DNA of 56,726 bases, filler included, from Bipalium vagum (lineage: Eukaryota): the NCBI GenBank assembly GCA_037834085.1. It is 3 parts of 3 records of this genome, joined end to end, with 100 filler letters (N's around TTAATTAATTAA, not from the genome) between each part and the next. Parts side by side here need not be neighbours in the genome. Positions count along the whole stretch, not along the records: positions 1 to 16,294 come from JBBMKC010117663.1; positions 16,395 to 32,847 come from JBBMKC010110698.1; 1 more part is not named here. One strand, 5' to 3'. Below are positions 13,070 through 24,773 of the stretch, one piece after another; the stretch's first letter is position 1, and each line of letters starts with the position of its first letter. The notes under the pieces are model-generated. The model saw nothing but the letters and a program-made list of their open reading frames with translations. It was not told where the DNA came from and did not search any database. Made by a program: the position numbers and the translations under genes.

Positions 13070-13620
13070 TATATATTATATTGTGTGTATTATGGGACTG
13101 GGAAGGCATAATCCACCATGAATTGCTTGGCAAAAACCAAACAGTTAATGGGCAGCTCTACTTCAACAATTGCACAGAATTAACAAAACAATTCAGCAAA
13201 AAATACCAAATCGGTAAAACAAAGTTCTTCTACAGGACGATAACGCTCGTCCTCACATCACCAATATGACTAAAGCATCGATTCATCAACTCCAATGAGT
13301 TGTCTTACCTCACCATCATATTCGCCAGACTTGGCATCATTGGATTTTTATCTCTTTTGATCGCTTTCTATTGCTTTTTGTGTCGTATCATTCAATAATG
13401 GCGTGGAATTGAGCGCTTGGTTGGACGAATTCTTTGAGTCCAGACCGAAGGACTTTTATCGTCGAGGCATTGACAAAGTTATTGGACGATGGAAGGAAGT
13501 TATCAACAACATCGTAGAATTTATTGTAATTTCGCTAATAATAAATTGTGTACTATTCCTTTATTTTTTATTCAAATAATTTTATTTATTTGACGCCCAT
13601 GAATCATTCCTCCACCTGAT
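13070..13620 (+). mobile_element. mariner (DD34D) 3' relic
   Basis: LCVLWDWEGIIHHELL, DNARPH, SPDLASLDFYLF, FYRRGIDKVIGRW with stops and frameshifts. Confidence 0.85.
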
Positions 13621-13774
13621 AATTTAAAATATTTGTAATGCCTTTAATAAATTTAATTTGTGTCAGTTTAAAGTTAAATATCAAAATTTGACATTATTTT
13701 CCGACCAATCTAAACTTAGGTGTTACAAATTTATTAATGAAATTTTATGTGAATGAAATTTTAATCCTAGTAAT

Positions 13775-14697
13775 GTTAGGTGTGTGCGTTGAAAGTGAGC
13801 CGATTATATAATATCTGTTAATAAGAATAATTTTCAGAAAAATCTTTTTTATATTAACAGAAATATACTTTACACATATTTAGATTGAGGAATATGTACC
13901 AAATAATCGCTTTTTTCGAAACCTAGAGAAAGGTTTTATGGTGACAATGCTTTATACTTAGGAACTTACAAGAGATGATTTGTAAAGTTAAGAAATAGAG
14001 ATTTTTGTTTTGAAGATAAAAAACGTTTGGGACAAAAGAAACAGTTTGAAGATGAAGATGTGAAGGCATTAATGTTTCAAGATCCATGTCAAACTCAACA
14101 AGAACTTGCTAAATCATTAGGTGTTTGTCGATCATCAATTACTCCATGTTTCAAACCATGGGGAAGATCTACAATAGAAATGAAAATGGATACCTAACGT
14201 GCTTAAGTCGACAGACCACGAAAGACATAAAAAACTTGTGAAACATTGCTTGCTCGACAAATAAGAAAAGGATTTATGCATGAAATTAAAAGAATGAGGA
14301 AAATTGAGTTCATTTTGGTAATCCTATATGCAGAAAAAAAAATTTGTAATCCCAGTGAGCCCCCCAGAGCAACTCCACAGAGGAATTTCTACAGGAAGAT
14401 GACTATGTTATGCACTTTGTGGGACCATATGGTTGTGATTTATCACTTTTTAGACACACTCAGTTGTCCAGTGGCGCTTGGACTTCTTTGAAGAGATTGA
14501 AAAATGGATCATTCACTGGGCAGCCATGAAGCAAGAATATATTTTTCGCAGCAAAATTTATCAGGGTCCTGAAATATGAAAAAAGATCAGTGATAACGAT
14601 GGTCATTACTTTAATTATTGCATATTTTTGTTTGTGTATAAATAAAGACATTGTCTTGTTAAGAAAGGTGCACTTCAAACACACAAAGATACCTGAT
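13775..14697 (+). mobile_element. mariner relic (Mos1-like HTH)
   Basis: FEDKKRLGQKKQFEDEDVKALMFQDPCQTQQELAKSLGV, KMTMLCTLWD, degenerate TIR-like ends. Confidence 0.8.
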
Positions 14698-15268
14698 AAT
14701 TTTTTATTTTAAAAAATATAATTTTTTCATTTTTATAAGGTTTCATCTGATCTCAAAAACATCATGTTTAAATAATCCTATGATGTAATCTGCCTTTAAA
14801 ATATTTTAATTTTGATTGAATATTTCCAGTTATGTGATATGATAATCAAATCATTGGGTTTGAAACAAAGGAAATGTACATTTTATATTTTCCTAGTGTT
14901 TGTAAAATTTTACACAGGCATTAGTATTATTTTGGTATCTTTGTTTTTTAAATATTCAGTATAGTTTAGCGCTATTTACAATATGAGAATGACCGACAAA
15001 ACAATATCTCTATATTATAACAATGACTAAATTGTTTTCCTAATCCAAATGGCCTAATAATCAATACTGTTAATAATTATTGGATTATATAGAATTAACA
15101 GTTTGTAAACTTGCTGAATCAATAACGCGGGGTAACGTAAATTGTACATGGGGGAACATGGAATAAAAGAATTATTTTCATTGAAAAAATTCTGTTCTCT
15201 TTCTTCATAGGGATTGAAATTCAAAGACCTCCTTTAAGATTTTCAATATCTTGATTTGATAATTATTG

Positions 15269-16143
15269 TCATTGTTCAGGAATCAGAAATCTTTCGAATG
15301 TAGCTTCGTGCCACTGTCTTTTCGACCAAGCACATTTTCCAGTGATCCGAATCTGTTCGGATAAAAGATCTGTTCCATTTTATAAAATAATCATATCAAT
15401 AAAAACCGTTTAATAATTCATATGCAAGAAATACATAAATTACTTTCTTATTTTATTACAAATATAATAAAATTAATCAATTATTTAAAATCTATGATTA
15501 ATTTAACTTTAATCGATAAAATTAAATTGTTTGTTCGATTTCTTTAACTTTTATTATTGAGTTTTTTATTTTCTTTTATTTATTGATTATCATTTTAGTC
15601 TTTTGCTTTGGTAAATAAAAGGGAAAATTTATTAATTTTCGAATATTATTTTAATAATTATTAATGATTCCTGTTTATCAACTGTTTTTGAAAGTAATTT
15701 TACATTTCCATCTCCATATCATTTCCCGTAATAAACGAGAAACGTCTGGCGACTTTTCCTTCGTATTTTCATGAAAACCACAAACTTTGATACTTCATTA
15801 TTGATTTCAATTTTGTTTTCTTTCCATTTTCTTTTTTATTTTTATTTTCATCTAACCTATTTATAATATCGATACTTTGGGTTTTGTTAATCTTTTTTGT
15901 AATCCTCTTTAAATTTAACTCCCATAAGCAAACTTGCTGGTTTTCATAGGCTGAACAGTAAAAGGAAACTTGGAACTGGTGAATCTTTGATCGCGAGAGA
16001 TCATCAGTTGATTGCTGGTGCCCAAAATGCCAATATTTTTGAACTGGGTGATCACGAAATGTCATGTCAAATGGAGACTTGTCCTTTTCATCAACATTTT
16101 TCTTTTTAACATTTCCTGATCTTGTGCGACCATCCGTTTTCAT
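15269..16143 (-). CDS. Candidate three-exon orphan gene (exons 16143-15934, 15758-15704, 15369-15269; 121 aa)
   Basis: GT-AG joins give a continuous frame from MKTDGRT to ...EKSPDVSRLLREMIWRWKYLLSEQIRITGKCAWSKRQWHEATFERFLIPEQ*. Each block is richer in GC than its flanks. Confidence 0.4.
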
Positions 16144-16222
16144 AATTATTGTTGAAATATTTTAATATAAAAATATCGATTACATTATCATTAATATTTA
16201 TTATTTTTTTCATTAAAAAACC

Positions 16223-16223
<1 letters not shown>

Positions 16224-16294
<71 letters not shown>
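16224..16294. repeat. (ATT)n microsatellite running into a gap
   Basis: Direct reading. Confidence 0.95.
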
Positions 16295-16394
16295 NNNNNN
16301 NNNNNNNNNNNNNNNNNNNNNNNNNNNNNNNNNNNNNNTTAATTAATTAANNNNNNNNNNNNNNNNNNNNNNNNNNNNNNNNNNNNNNNNNNNN
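16295..16394. other. Artificial contig spacer N44-TTAATTAATTAA-N44
   Basis: Exactly 100 bp with a six-frame-stop linker. Identical structure at 32848-32947. Confidence 0.9.
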
Positions 16395-16516
16395 GATTTC
16401 GGAATAACCGGTATAAAACCACGTAATTTTTCACCTAGGCGCCATTGCCAAAATTATTTTTCGTAATAACCAATTTTTCGTAATATCCGGATTCGTAATA
16501 ACCGGACTAAACTGTA
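16395..16516. mobile_element. Tigger/pogo-like MITE end
   Basis: Subterminal TTCGTAATAACC repeats ending in ...AACTG followed by TA. Confidence 0.5.
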
Positions 16517-16759
16517 TTTATGAATTTAATGATTGTTATTTTCATGGTTGTTTAAAATGTTATAATTAAGAAGAAGTATGTAAAAAAGGAAATAAAACAA
16601 TGGAATTTTTAAATAATCGAACTTTAGAAAAAAAGATTAATATTATAAAATATTTTAAGACAAATTTAAATCACTGTAAAATAAAGATGAAAATTTAATT
16701 CTTTATTAATTTTATATCCTCTTTTTACAGTATTCGTAGGAAAATCATAAATAATAGTA

Positions 16760-17395
16760 GTTGCTTTTTTATTATTAAAATATAATCAGCTTACAATATC
16801 AAATTCAACCATAATTTTATTTATATCTGAAATATTAGTAGTTTTAGAATAATGAACGCCCTTCATAAGATTTATTAACTTCAAATCCTAAGAGATTTGG
16901 TAATGAATTTTGAACAGGAAAAAATATTTTACAACCTTTAGATATTTCTATTATACAGTTTCCAGAAATTGGATTAGCATCAATCTTAAAATAATTTTTA
17001 TCTTTTTCTAAACCTACTAACTCTTTGTCATATTTAAATTGGTACTCGATTATTTTAGATATTTCTGAAATTTCATATGCTCCAGGAGTTAGTTTGAAAT
17101 TTAATTTTTTATTTTTACATTTTGAATCTGTAATTACTAAATTGATTCTATTTTTTTCAGTAATATTAAAAATTGAATTATAAGTTGAAAAATATACTAA
17201 ACCTAATTCATAGTTTAAATTGTCTTTAATTTTTAAAGGATAATCTAATCTTAATTTTATTTCTGAACTATTGCCTTTTATGAGAAATGACGTTGAAAAT
17301 TCTTGAGATAAAAGGTTTGTTATTTTTTCTAACGATTCGGAAGCTATGAACACCGAAAATTTTAGGGTCATAGGCCCGCTTACAAGAGCTTCCAT
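16760..17395 (-). pseudogene. Polinton minor capsid (penton) protein
   Basis: NSSEIKLRLDYPLKI...YELGLVYFSTYNSIFNI...LTPGAYEISEI...SLPNLLGF, then a stop with the frame continuing (DINKIMVEFDIVS). Confidence 0.8.
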
Positions 17396-17489
17396 CTTTT
17401 TTTGAAAAAAATATTTATAAAGTCAGTTATTAAAAATATATTTTCAAAATATTTTCGTAAACCTTTGGTTTAATTCTATTTTGTTTTTT

Positions 17490-18260
17490 TTATTTACTTA
17501 GAATTTTTAAAATTAAATGATCAAGATTATCATGTCCTGATTTTTTAGCAGATAAATATTTTCTTAAAGTTACAAACTGATCAAGAGGGTGTTTTGGTTT
17601 ATAAATTTTATAACCTTTTCCTTTTCTTTTTTTATTTTCTAATTCATTATATTTTTTATTAATGTTAATAAGATAATTAGACTTTGGAAATGCTTTCAAG
17701 AGCTTCATAAAAAGTAAATAATCATGTAAATCTTTAAAATCATATTCTTTAATCCATTGATTATTATAAATATTTCCATAGTTTTTACCTTCCAACAAAG
17801 ATTTAAAATCTTTTGTTAATGTAAGTCTTTTGTCTTCATTTGGTCTTGAAAGAAATTGTGTTACCAATTTTAAAAAATCTACATTATTTATTGTCATAAT
17901 ATTTTTATCAATTTCGGGTCTAATAGTTTTTGGTAAATCTGAATTAATATTAAAATACTCAAAAAATTAACATCTTCATATTTCGGAGGCTTGTAAATTT
18001 TTGGTTTAAACAATTTTTCTTCATTAATTTTAGCCTCAATTATTTTTGTTCTTCAATTTCCTCAGTTATAATAGAAGTATTTTTATCTAACTTTTCCTTC
18101 TCTGTTTGTTCTTTTTCGTTTTGTAAAATTTTTATTTCCTGTTTAGATTTATTAACTGCATCAGTAACAGGTTTATGAAAAATTGTTAAATCTTGTTGAA
18201 TTCCTCTTTGTTATTATTATATTCTTCTTCTTTTGCTATAATTTTTTTCAACATTTCAAT
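17490..18260 (-). pseudogene. Polinton conserved hypothetical protein
   Basis: N-terminal coiled coil LTIFHKPVTDAV, C-terminal KGKG..LRKYLSAKKSGHDN resembling the L.AS..AGN motif. Frameshifted. Confidence 0.55.
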
Positions 18261-19229
18261 TTCAGCTTTAGCATCTATAACGTTTTGTTTTGGATTTTAA
18301 TTTTTCAAAATATATACCATTTATTGCTATAGCTTTCCAGTAAGAATGCCAAACAAATGGTGAGCCGTCGGCTATAGCACCGAAGACTCGTTTACATTTT
18401 TCATAGATTTTTTTATAATCATCAACTGCAAAATATTGTTTTAATTTAAATTTAATATTATTCATAAAATCTAAAAAATCTTGAAATTTTTTTTCGAGAA
18501 TTTTTATGTTCTCTTCTAAAAATTTTTAATCTGTTCACTTTACACACATACTTCGCATTTCATTGACATCTTTTCTATAGATTTATAATTTATTTCTATA
18601 TGAGAAATTATTTTTTATTTATTTTTTTCTATATTTCTATTAAAATTTTGAAAGGAGATTTTCTCAAAATTTAATTTATTTTTATTTATTATATCTTCTA
18701 ATTGTATTTTATCATTATAAATGTTTTGTTTAAACGAAATAAAATTACAATTACAACCTTTTATATCTCTATTATTTATATTAATCATTTTTTTATTTTC
18801 AAAAATTTGGTTTAATACTTTTTGTTCAATCTCTTAATCATTTTAAATTTACAACATCATTATCATTTATAGGATTAGGAATATTTATTATTTTATTATT
18901 ATTCATATTTAAAATTTCTTTCATAGAATCTCCTGTAAAATTAAAAAATTTATTTTCACTTTCATCTCTAATAAAATCAATTTCTTCTTTAACCTCATTT
19001 TCATTTTCATTATCAATATTATATTTTGAATAAATATATTGGACCTTCGGTGAATATCCATTTTTAGCAATATTAACAAATACTTTATCGGACATTTTTT
19101 AAAAAAATCTATATATATTTAATTCATGCGAACACTCATGAGAACTATGTTCGAATTTTTAATTTTTTTAAAAGAACATATTTTAATTTTTTAAAAATTT
19201 CATCAAATTTTTTTCCATTAAATATTTGA

Positions 19230-19570
19230 TATAAAACGTATAAACGTGATTGTCTACAATATTCTTAATCAGTTTCAGACTGAAAATCAAATTTATTATA
19301 TTCTTTAACATGTTTTTCTAAATCTTCAAGTGGTGGTAAACAATAAGAATCAAAATAGTATCTAGGGTAATAACCAACCCAATGAACTCCTTTTTGATTT
19401 GTATTTTGATAATTAATAATTAAAGATATTTCACATTGTATGTGAGAGGTTTCACCTGTAGCAGCAAGCTGCGCTTTCTCTTTGAGTTCATCCCGCATTA
19501 AAACTTTTAAGGGTAGTTCTAAATCTTCTTCAATATCTATTATATCAAAATTTGTAGTTTAGTTAATTCT
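19230..19570 (-). pseudogene. Polinton adenain-like cysteine protease
   Basis: TNFDII...MRDEL...IINYQNTNQKGVHWVGY...YFDSY.LPP...FQ...*EYC. His, Asp, Gln and Cys motifs present, with one internal stop. Confidence 0.8.
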
Positions 19571-19676
19571 AGTAATGTATTTGTTTTTACAATCTTAAAT
19601 CGAGACGAAACCTTTGGTTTCAAAAGCGAGTCTTGTAGTTTTAAAAGAAAATTTTAAATATTAGGATTTTTTTCGT

Positions 19677-19865
19677 TTAAGTTTTCCAATCATATTCAAT
19701 AAATAAATCATCCTCATCTAAATATTCAGTATACATCATTATTTCATTCAAATCTAATTGTCTCATTAGCTCTCTATAAGATAAATTAAAATCTTCAGCT
19801 ACATCTCTCCAATCATAATCCAAAAATCTGTAATGATAAAAACCACAAAGAGATAAGAACATCAT
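19677..19865 (-). CDS. Polinton small hypothetical protein
   Basis: Acidic intronless ORF co-oriented within the element. Confidence 0.35.
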   Translation of the reverse strand: MMFLSLCGFYHYRFLDYDWRDVAEDFNLSYRELMRQLDLNEIMMYTEYLDEDDLFIEYDWKT

Positions 19866-19949
19866 TTTTAAAATTACATTTTGAGTTTGCGAAAAAATAT
19901 TGTTGGGAAAACGAGCCTTCGGCTCTAACACCTTTGATGTGATTATTTA

Positions 19950-20490
19950 CTTTTCTCATAAGGTTTAAAAATAGTCTAGATCCTTGTTTAATTATTTTAA
20001 TTTTATTTTTACAAGGCTTTTGCTATAATTCCTTTAAATCTTTCCTATTAGATTTCTGTAAACTTTTATATTCTGAACTATTTAAAATTGTATCTCTCAA
20101 CTCTTTTCCAAAATATGGATCATAGTTAAGTCCAGCTCCAGATTTTTGTTCCTCCTTAGGTTTAAGTTTTTCAACTTCCATTTCTAATTTCTTCTTTTCC
20201 AATTCAATCTTTTCTTTCTCTGCATTTTTTCAGCCTCTTCTGATTTTTGAACTCCACCAGCTGCTCCTAAGCCTGCCAAGATAGCTCCAAGAATTGAGAT
20301 GAGTTAAAGTACACCGCCTTCAGCGGTATGAGCTCCGCGTACACCACCTGATTTTTCATCGTTAATATTTGATTGTTCTTTTATTTCATTTATAATCTTT
20401 TTAGATAATTTTTTTTCTCCCCGTTGAAATAATCATTTTACTTGTTCCTATATCAATAATATTTTTTAATTTGCCCTCCGTAATTTCCAT
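19950..20490 (-). pseudogene. Polinton Gly-rich hydrophobic virion protein (membrane-active/core-like)
   Basis: GGVL*LISILGAILAGLGAAGG, then a coiled coil and G.GL motifs (KSGAGL). Stop and frameshift present. Confidence 0.65.
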
Positions 20491-21399
20491 TTTTTAGGAA
20501 AAATTTTGAAAAAAATATTTTTTTAAATTTTAATTTTTTCATGTTATTATTTTTTAAAAATAGATTGTATTTTATAAGATTTTTTAAAAAATAAATTAAT
20601 ATATTTTTATTAGATTTCTATTTTTAAAATTAAATCCTAAATTTAAAAAGTTTTTCATACCTAATTAATTTGACTTTAATATAATTAGGTTTATTCACAT
20701 CAACTCATTATATAAAAGCTTTTATGAATGGTAATCTTCTATTGTTATTAGTGCGAATTAAATATTTAATTGCTAATTAATTAACAATTAATTTTAATTA
20801 TATTTTAAGTTCAGTTTTTCTTGTTTTCAAAAAATAAAGGGCACAAACTAATATTTTTATGTCCAAAACTATTGGTTAGTAGTATATAGTTTTATTCTCT
20901 AATAAAATTGAAAATCATAAAAAATAGAAAAAATATATTTTTTCCTAAATCACAAAAAATATTTTAATTATGTTTATCTAAATTTAATAGTTCTTAAATC
21001 AATTAATATTTTCTATATTTTCCGAATTAATTCCAATTCGCATATTTCTTATTTCTTCATTAACGTCAAATATTTTTGTGCTCCATTGTTCTGATCTCTT
21101 CAATCAATTCTTGTCGTTTTTTTCATATTTTGTTGTATTCTTCGATCGCACAAATTGAGATGATTTTTTTTCTTCTTCATAAATTCATTGTATCTTTTTC
21201 TTTCTTTTAATTTTATTTCAATCGCACCATCTGTAATTTAAAATAAAAAATCACAATCAAATATAATCTACTAATGGTAAAAATAGATTGATATGGTGAG
21301 GGTTGAGTAATCATTTGAAAAAGTTTTAGTTTTAAAGTTAATAAAAATATATTATTTAAACAATAAAAAGAAAATCAAATAGTATTTATTTTAAAAATG

Positions 21400-22165
21400 T
21401 TTTCTTAAGTTCATTCTCATAAAACATTCCTAAAATCTGTTCTCCATTTAAATCAAATAATCCATAAACAATTGGAGTTGTAAAATATATTTCATTTATA
21501 ATAAATATTTCATTTGTCCATTTTGCTGTATAACCTTTTTCAAATTTTTTTATATATAACAATTCTTACATGATCTCCAATATTATATTTTGATTTTAGT
21601 TTTAATTTTAAAATCTTTGAAGTATTGAAAATTTTGTTTCCGAGAGATTCCCTCGTATTTTCATTATTTTTTTGAAGCTTTGCTTCCCAGAGCTTTGCTC
21701 GTAACTTTTCTGGACTAGCCATAGGCTCAACTAACTTTGTTTGATTTTTACTTGCTTCGGTTGGTGTTATTCTAATCGAACTATGAATTTTGTTGTTATA
21801 GAAATTAATTAAACTTGGTAAAAATTTTTTAAGGTTCTATTAAATCTTTATATTACAACTGTTTTCCTTCATTCTCTGTTAAGTAAATTTCTATCTCATT
21901 ATCATCACAAAAATCTTTAAATATTTTATTATAAAAGTCTATTCCTCTGTCTACCCAAAGTTTTTCTGGTACTCTATTAGAATGTTCAAATATTTTATCG
22001 AAAGCATTTGTAATTGTTTGACCTGATTTATTTTTTAAAGGAACAGCAAAAGCAAAACGAGTAGATATATCTATAACTGTTAGAATTATTCTATAATCTA
22101 TTCCTCCTAGAACAAAAGTTAAATCTGCAGACCAAATATCATCTTTATTATTGATTTTTTTTCAA
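21400..22165 (-). pseudogene. Polinton retroviral-like (rve) integrase
   Basis: DDIWSADL...ILTVIDISTRFAFAVPLKNKSG...PEKLWVDRGIDFYN...YNNKIHSSI...IGDHVRI...KGYTAKWTNEIF...GMFYENEL. Frameshifts and deletions. Confidence 0.92.
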
Positions 22166-22184
22166 CATCTCTGTGAAATTTCTA

Positions 22185-22385
22185 TTGCGCAGCACTCCAT
22201 TTTATATTTGAAGCAATACAGAATTTGCCGGTTTTCGTTATTTGGCATTTAGGAAACTGGAAACTTTTCAGTATTTCCTCATTTTGTTTTTGCCATGATC
22301 CAAGACAGCCGACTGCGAACGTGTCTAGTAGAAAAGACCAATCTGGCAGGGAATTCTTGGTCTTATCGAGAAGATCTGGGTAGTG
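22185..22385 (-). mobile_element. C-terminal RLE endonuclease fragment of a NeSL/R2-group non-LTR retrotransposon
   Basis: YPDLL...WSFLLDTFAVGCLGSWQKQNEEIL...FCIASNIKWS, the VGxLGSW...N...C...I.WS pattern of RLE LINEs. Confidence 0.7.
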
Positions 22386-22437
22386 AATGAAATGCTTCTT
22401 ATGGTTCCAGTAAATGACCCTTCACAGGTACATGGAC

Positions 22438-22462
22438 TGCTCTGACCGCTGAGCTACAACCC
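22438..22462 (-). other. tRNA-derived 5' arm with Pol III A box (possible SINE head)
   Basis: GGGTTGTAGCTCAGCGGTCAGAGCA resembles a tRNA acceptor strand plus D arm. No B box or complete cloverleaf. Confidence 0.5.
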
Positions 22463-23589
22463 TCGACTAATTTTCAATTTACCTCACAAAGTTCATTGGA
22501 ATTTCAATTTTTTTTAATATTTTGTTTTGATTTAAATGTTATTATAGCAACTTTACATATTTTAAAAGAAAAATAAATGTTGTTTTGTTACAAGAAGAAT
22601 TTAGGGAAATAAAAATAGGCGGTAAAATGATTAATATTCATGCAAAGATAAAGTAAATGAGTAAAAAAAGCAAAGAAAAATAGTGAAAATGAATTTTTCA
22701 TTTTAAAATGATCATTAATTAAAGATAATCATCTCTTTTGCATATTCCTTTTTAAAATATTTTGCTTTAATTTCTTGAAAGATATACTGCCAATAATCAA
22801 CTTTATTACTCCTTGATAAATTCCTTTGAGCAGTTTTAAGTCTTAATTTTTTCCAATTCCATCGAAATTCAAAGTGAAACCATTTAATTAAAATAAATCA
22901 AAATTGCACCCAAATATTTCTTCTGAAAGTTTGAAAATGCATTTAATATTTTATATAAAATAATACAACAGGTTTTATAAAATCTTTTAATTTTTATTTT
23001 ATATCTTCTAAAATCTCATTATTATACAGAATTAAGTCTACAAATATATAACAGTTCTCCAACAAAAAATTTTATACTTACCTGGAATTATCTCTTTAAA
23101 TCCATCGTAAATAAATTTATTCATATTTATTGAATGAGAATTACCCATACAATCGAAAATAAATTTTTTTCGATTTGAAATTCTTCATCCTATAAATACT
23201 TGGTACTAATAATTTGAGTAATAAGAATAGGTCTGGGTTCTCCATCGATTTGTATTAAAATATTGGAAAACAGCTCCGTTAGTCACAACTTTACTAAATT
23301 TTTTGTCAATATCATATTTTGGTAGAGATAAACTTTTGTTTCGTAATTATCGTGATAGTTTATTAGTATATTCTTAAAATACATAAATTTAAACTTATCA
23401 ATTATTCGTCAAATATAATTTTAATTTATTAAATTCAATTTTATATTAAAACAAAATGAAAATGGCAGAAAATCAACCAAAAGTATTAAGAAAAGTTCAG
23501 CACCTAAAAATCATATCTATAGTTATTATTCATAAAATCACCGTTGAACCTAACTACAAATAAAGTAAATGAGTTTGGTATTGCAGTTT

Positions 23590-23930
23590 GGTTATGTAGG
23601 ACATTGAATTGTATAAAACGCGGTGTCACCTGTTTTTCTGGACTGATCCATTCTTTTGCGTTAATTCATGTTAGCGTATCAACACCATCTTTCATCACCT
23701 GCTACAATACTGGAAATAAATCTGTTTGTTGAATTATAACGGGACGTGTAATCCAGCAGTAATCTTAGAGCATTGATTTTTTTTGTATTTGTTTAAAAGG
23801 TGGAATCCAATTGCCAAATTTTTGAACCTTTCCAATGGACTGAGATGGTCAGCTACAGCCTAGTGATGATAATTCAACTACAACGATAATCCTCTCGGCA
23901 TTTGTCGTGGATTGTCGTGGACCAGTTGGT
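23590..23930 (-). mobile_element. mariner relic
   Basis: IGKVQKFGNWIP and RFISSIVAGDERWC..KEWISP. Confidence 0.75.
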
Positions 23931-24693
23931 TTAATTACTTTTATTTTGAAAGGCTGCTAATCACCAATTATTTAAAAAAATGAAATAATTAAATATACAT
24001 ACATGTAGAGCGATACATTCTCTATTGATTAGCTGTTACTCAATTTGTTAAATTATAATTGTTATTTAAACAATTTTGAATTTTAAAAAACCTCGAGAAA
24101 TTAACCGACAACCCAATATAAAATATTCTTTGACTTTCGAATGAAAAGATGTGTACGCCATCTTAAATAAATGAAACGAGATTTTATAATGTGAGAAAAG
24201 ACTTTTAATAAAATTATCAATCTCCAGTTAATGAAAACTGCTGAAAAATTATTAATCAATATTAATAATTACAATGGTCACAGAAAATATAATTTATAGC
24301 TTCTATTTAAGAGCCTGGTTTTGTAAATAGCATATAGTAAAACAGAAAAAATGCATCAATTAAGGTAGAATTAGTACATCAATGCCCAATAAATAAAGTA
24401 CAATAATTACAGTTATTGAAAAGTACAACAATCTACGAATATATTTTCGTCAATTTTTCAAAACCATATAAATATTGTTTATCTATGTCATCACTTGATG
24501 CTTTAATAGACATTCCTCTAATTATATACTATCAAAATTCAATAAAATTAGTAGTTACTATTTAACTCAATTTACTATTGTATGTTACATTTTGTTACAC
24601 AAATTCCTATTTTGTAGTATAAAAAAATTTAATTGTTAAAGTTAATTTATTAAAAGTTTTAAAATCAAGTTTTTATTTAGTTAATTTTTAATT

Positions 24694-24773
24694 ATAATTT
24701 TAATATATAATTTTAATATATAATTTTAATATATAATTTTAATATATAATTTTAATATATAATTTTAATATAT
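24694..24773. repeat. 13-bp tandem repeat (ATAATTTTAATAT) x ~6
   Basis: Direct reading. Confidence 0.85.

Larger units (their letters stand above)
16700..22165 (-). mobile_element. Decayed Polinton/Maverick (adintovirus-like) segment
   Basis: Co-oriented intronless relics of integrase, Gly-rich virion protein, cysteine protease, C-terminal AGN-like-motif protein and minor capsid protein. No pPolB, ATPase, major capsid or TIRs recognised. Confidence 0.88.

Noticed and set aside
15280-15364. Plus-strand terminal exon (NQKSFECSFVPL...LFG*) for the 5885 gene
   Set aside because: Phase-compatible but competes with the minus-strand three-exon model and with nearer acceptors at ~12701. Cannot be resolved from sequence alone.
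22400-22462. Functional tRNA gene
   Set aside because: Only the 5' arm is present. No T-arm/B box or closing acceptor stem.
22700-23375. Minus-strand exon-like blocks with a GTAAGT donor at ~23081
   Set aside because: Internal stops and no recognisable family. Possibly a pseudogene.
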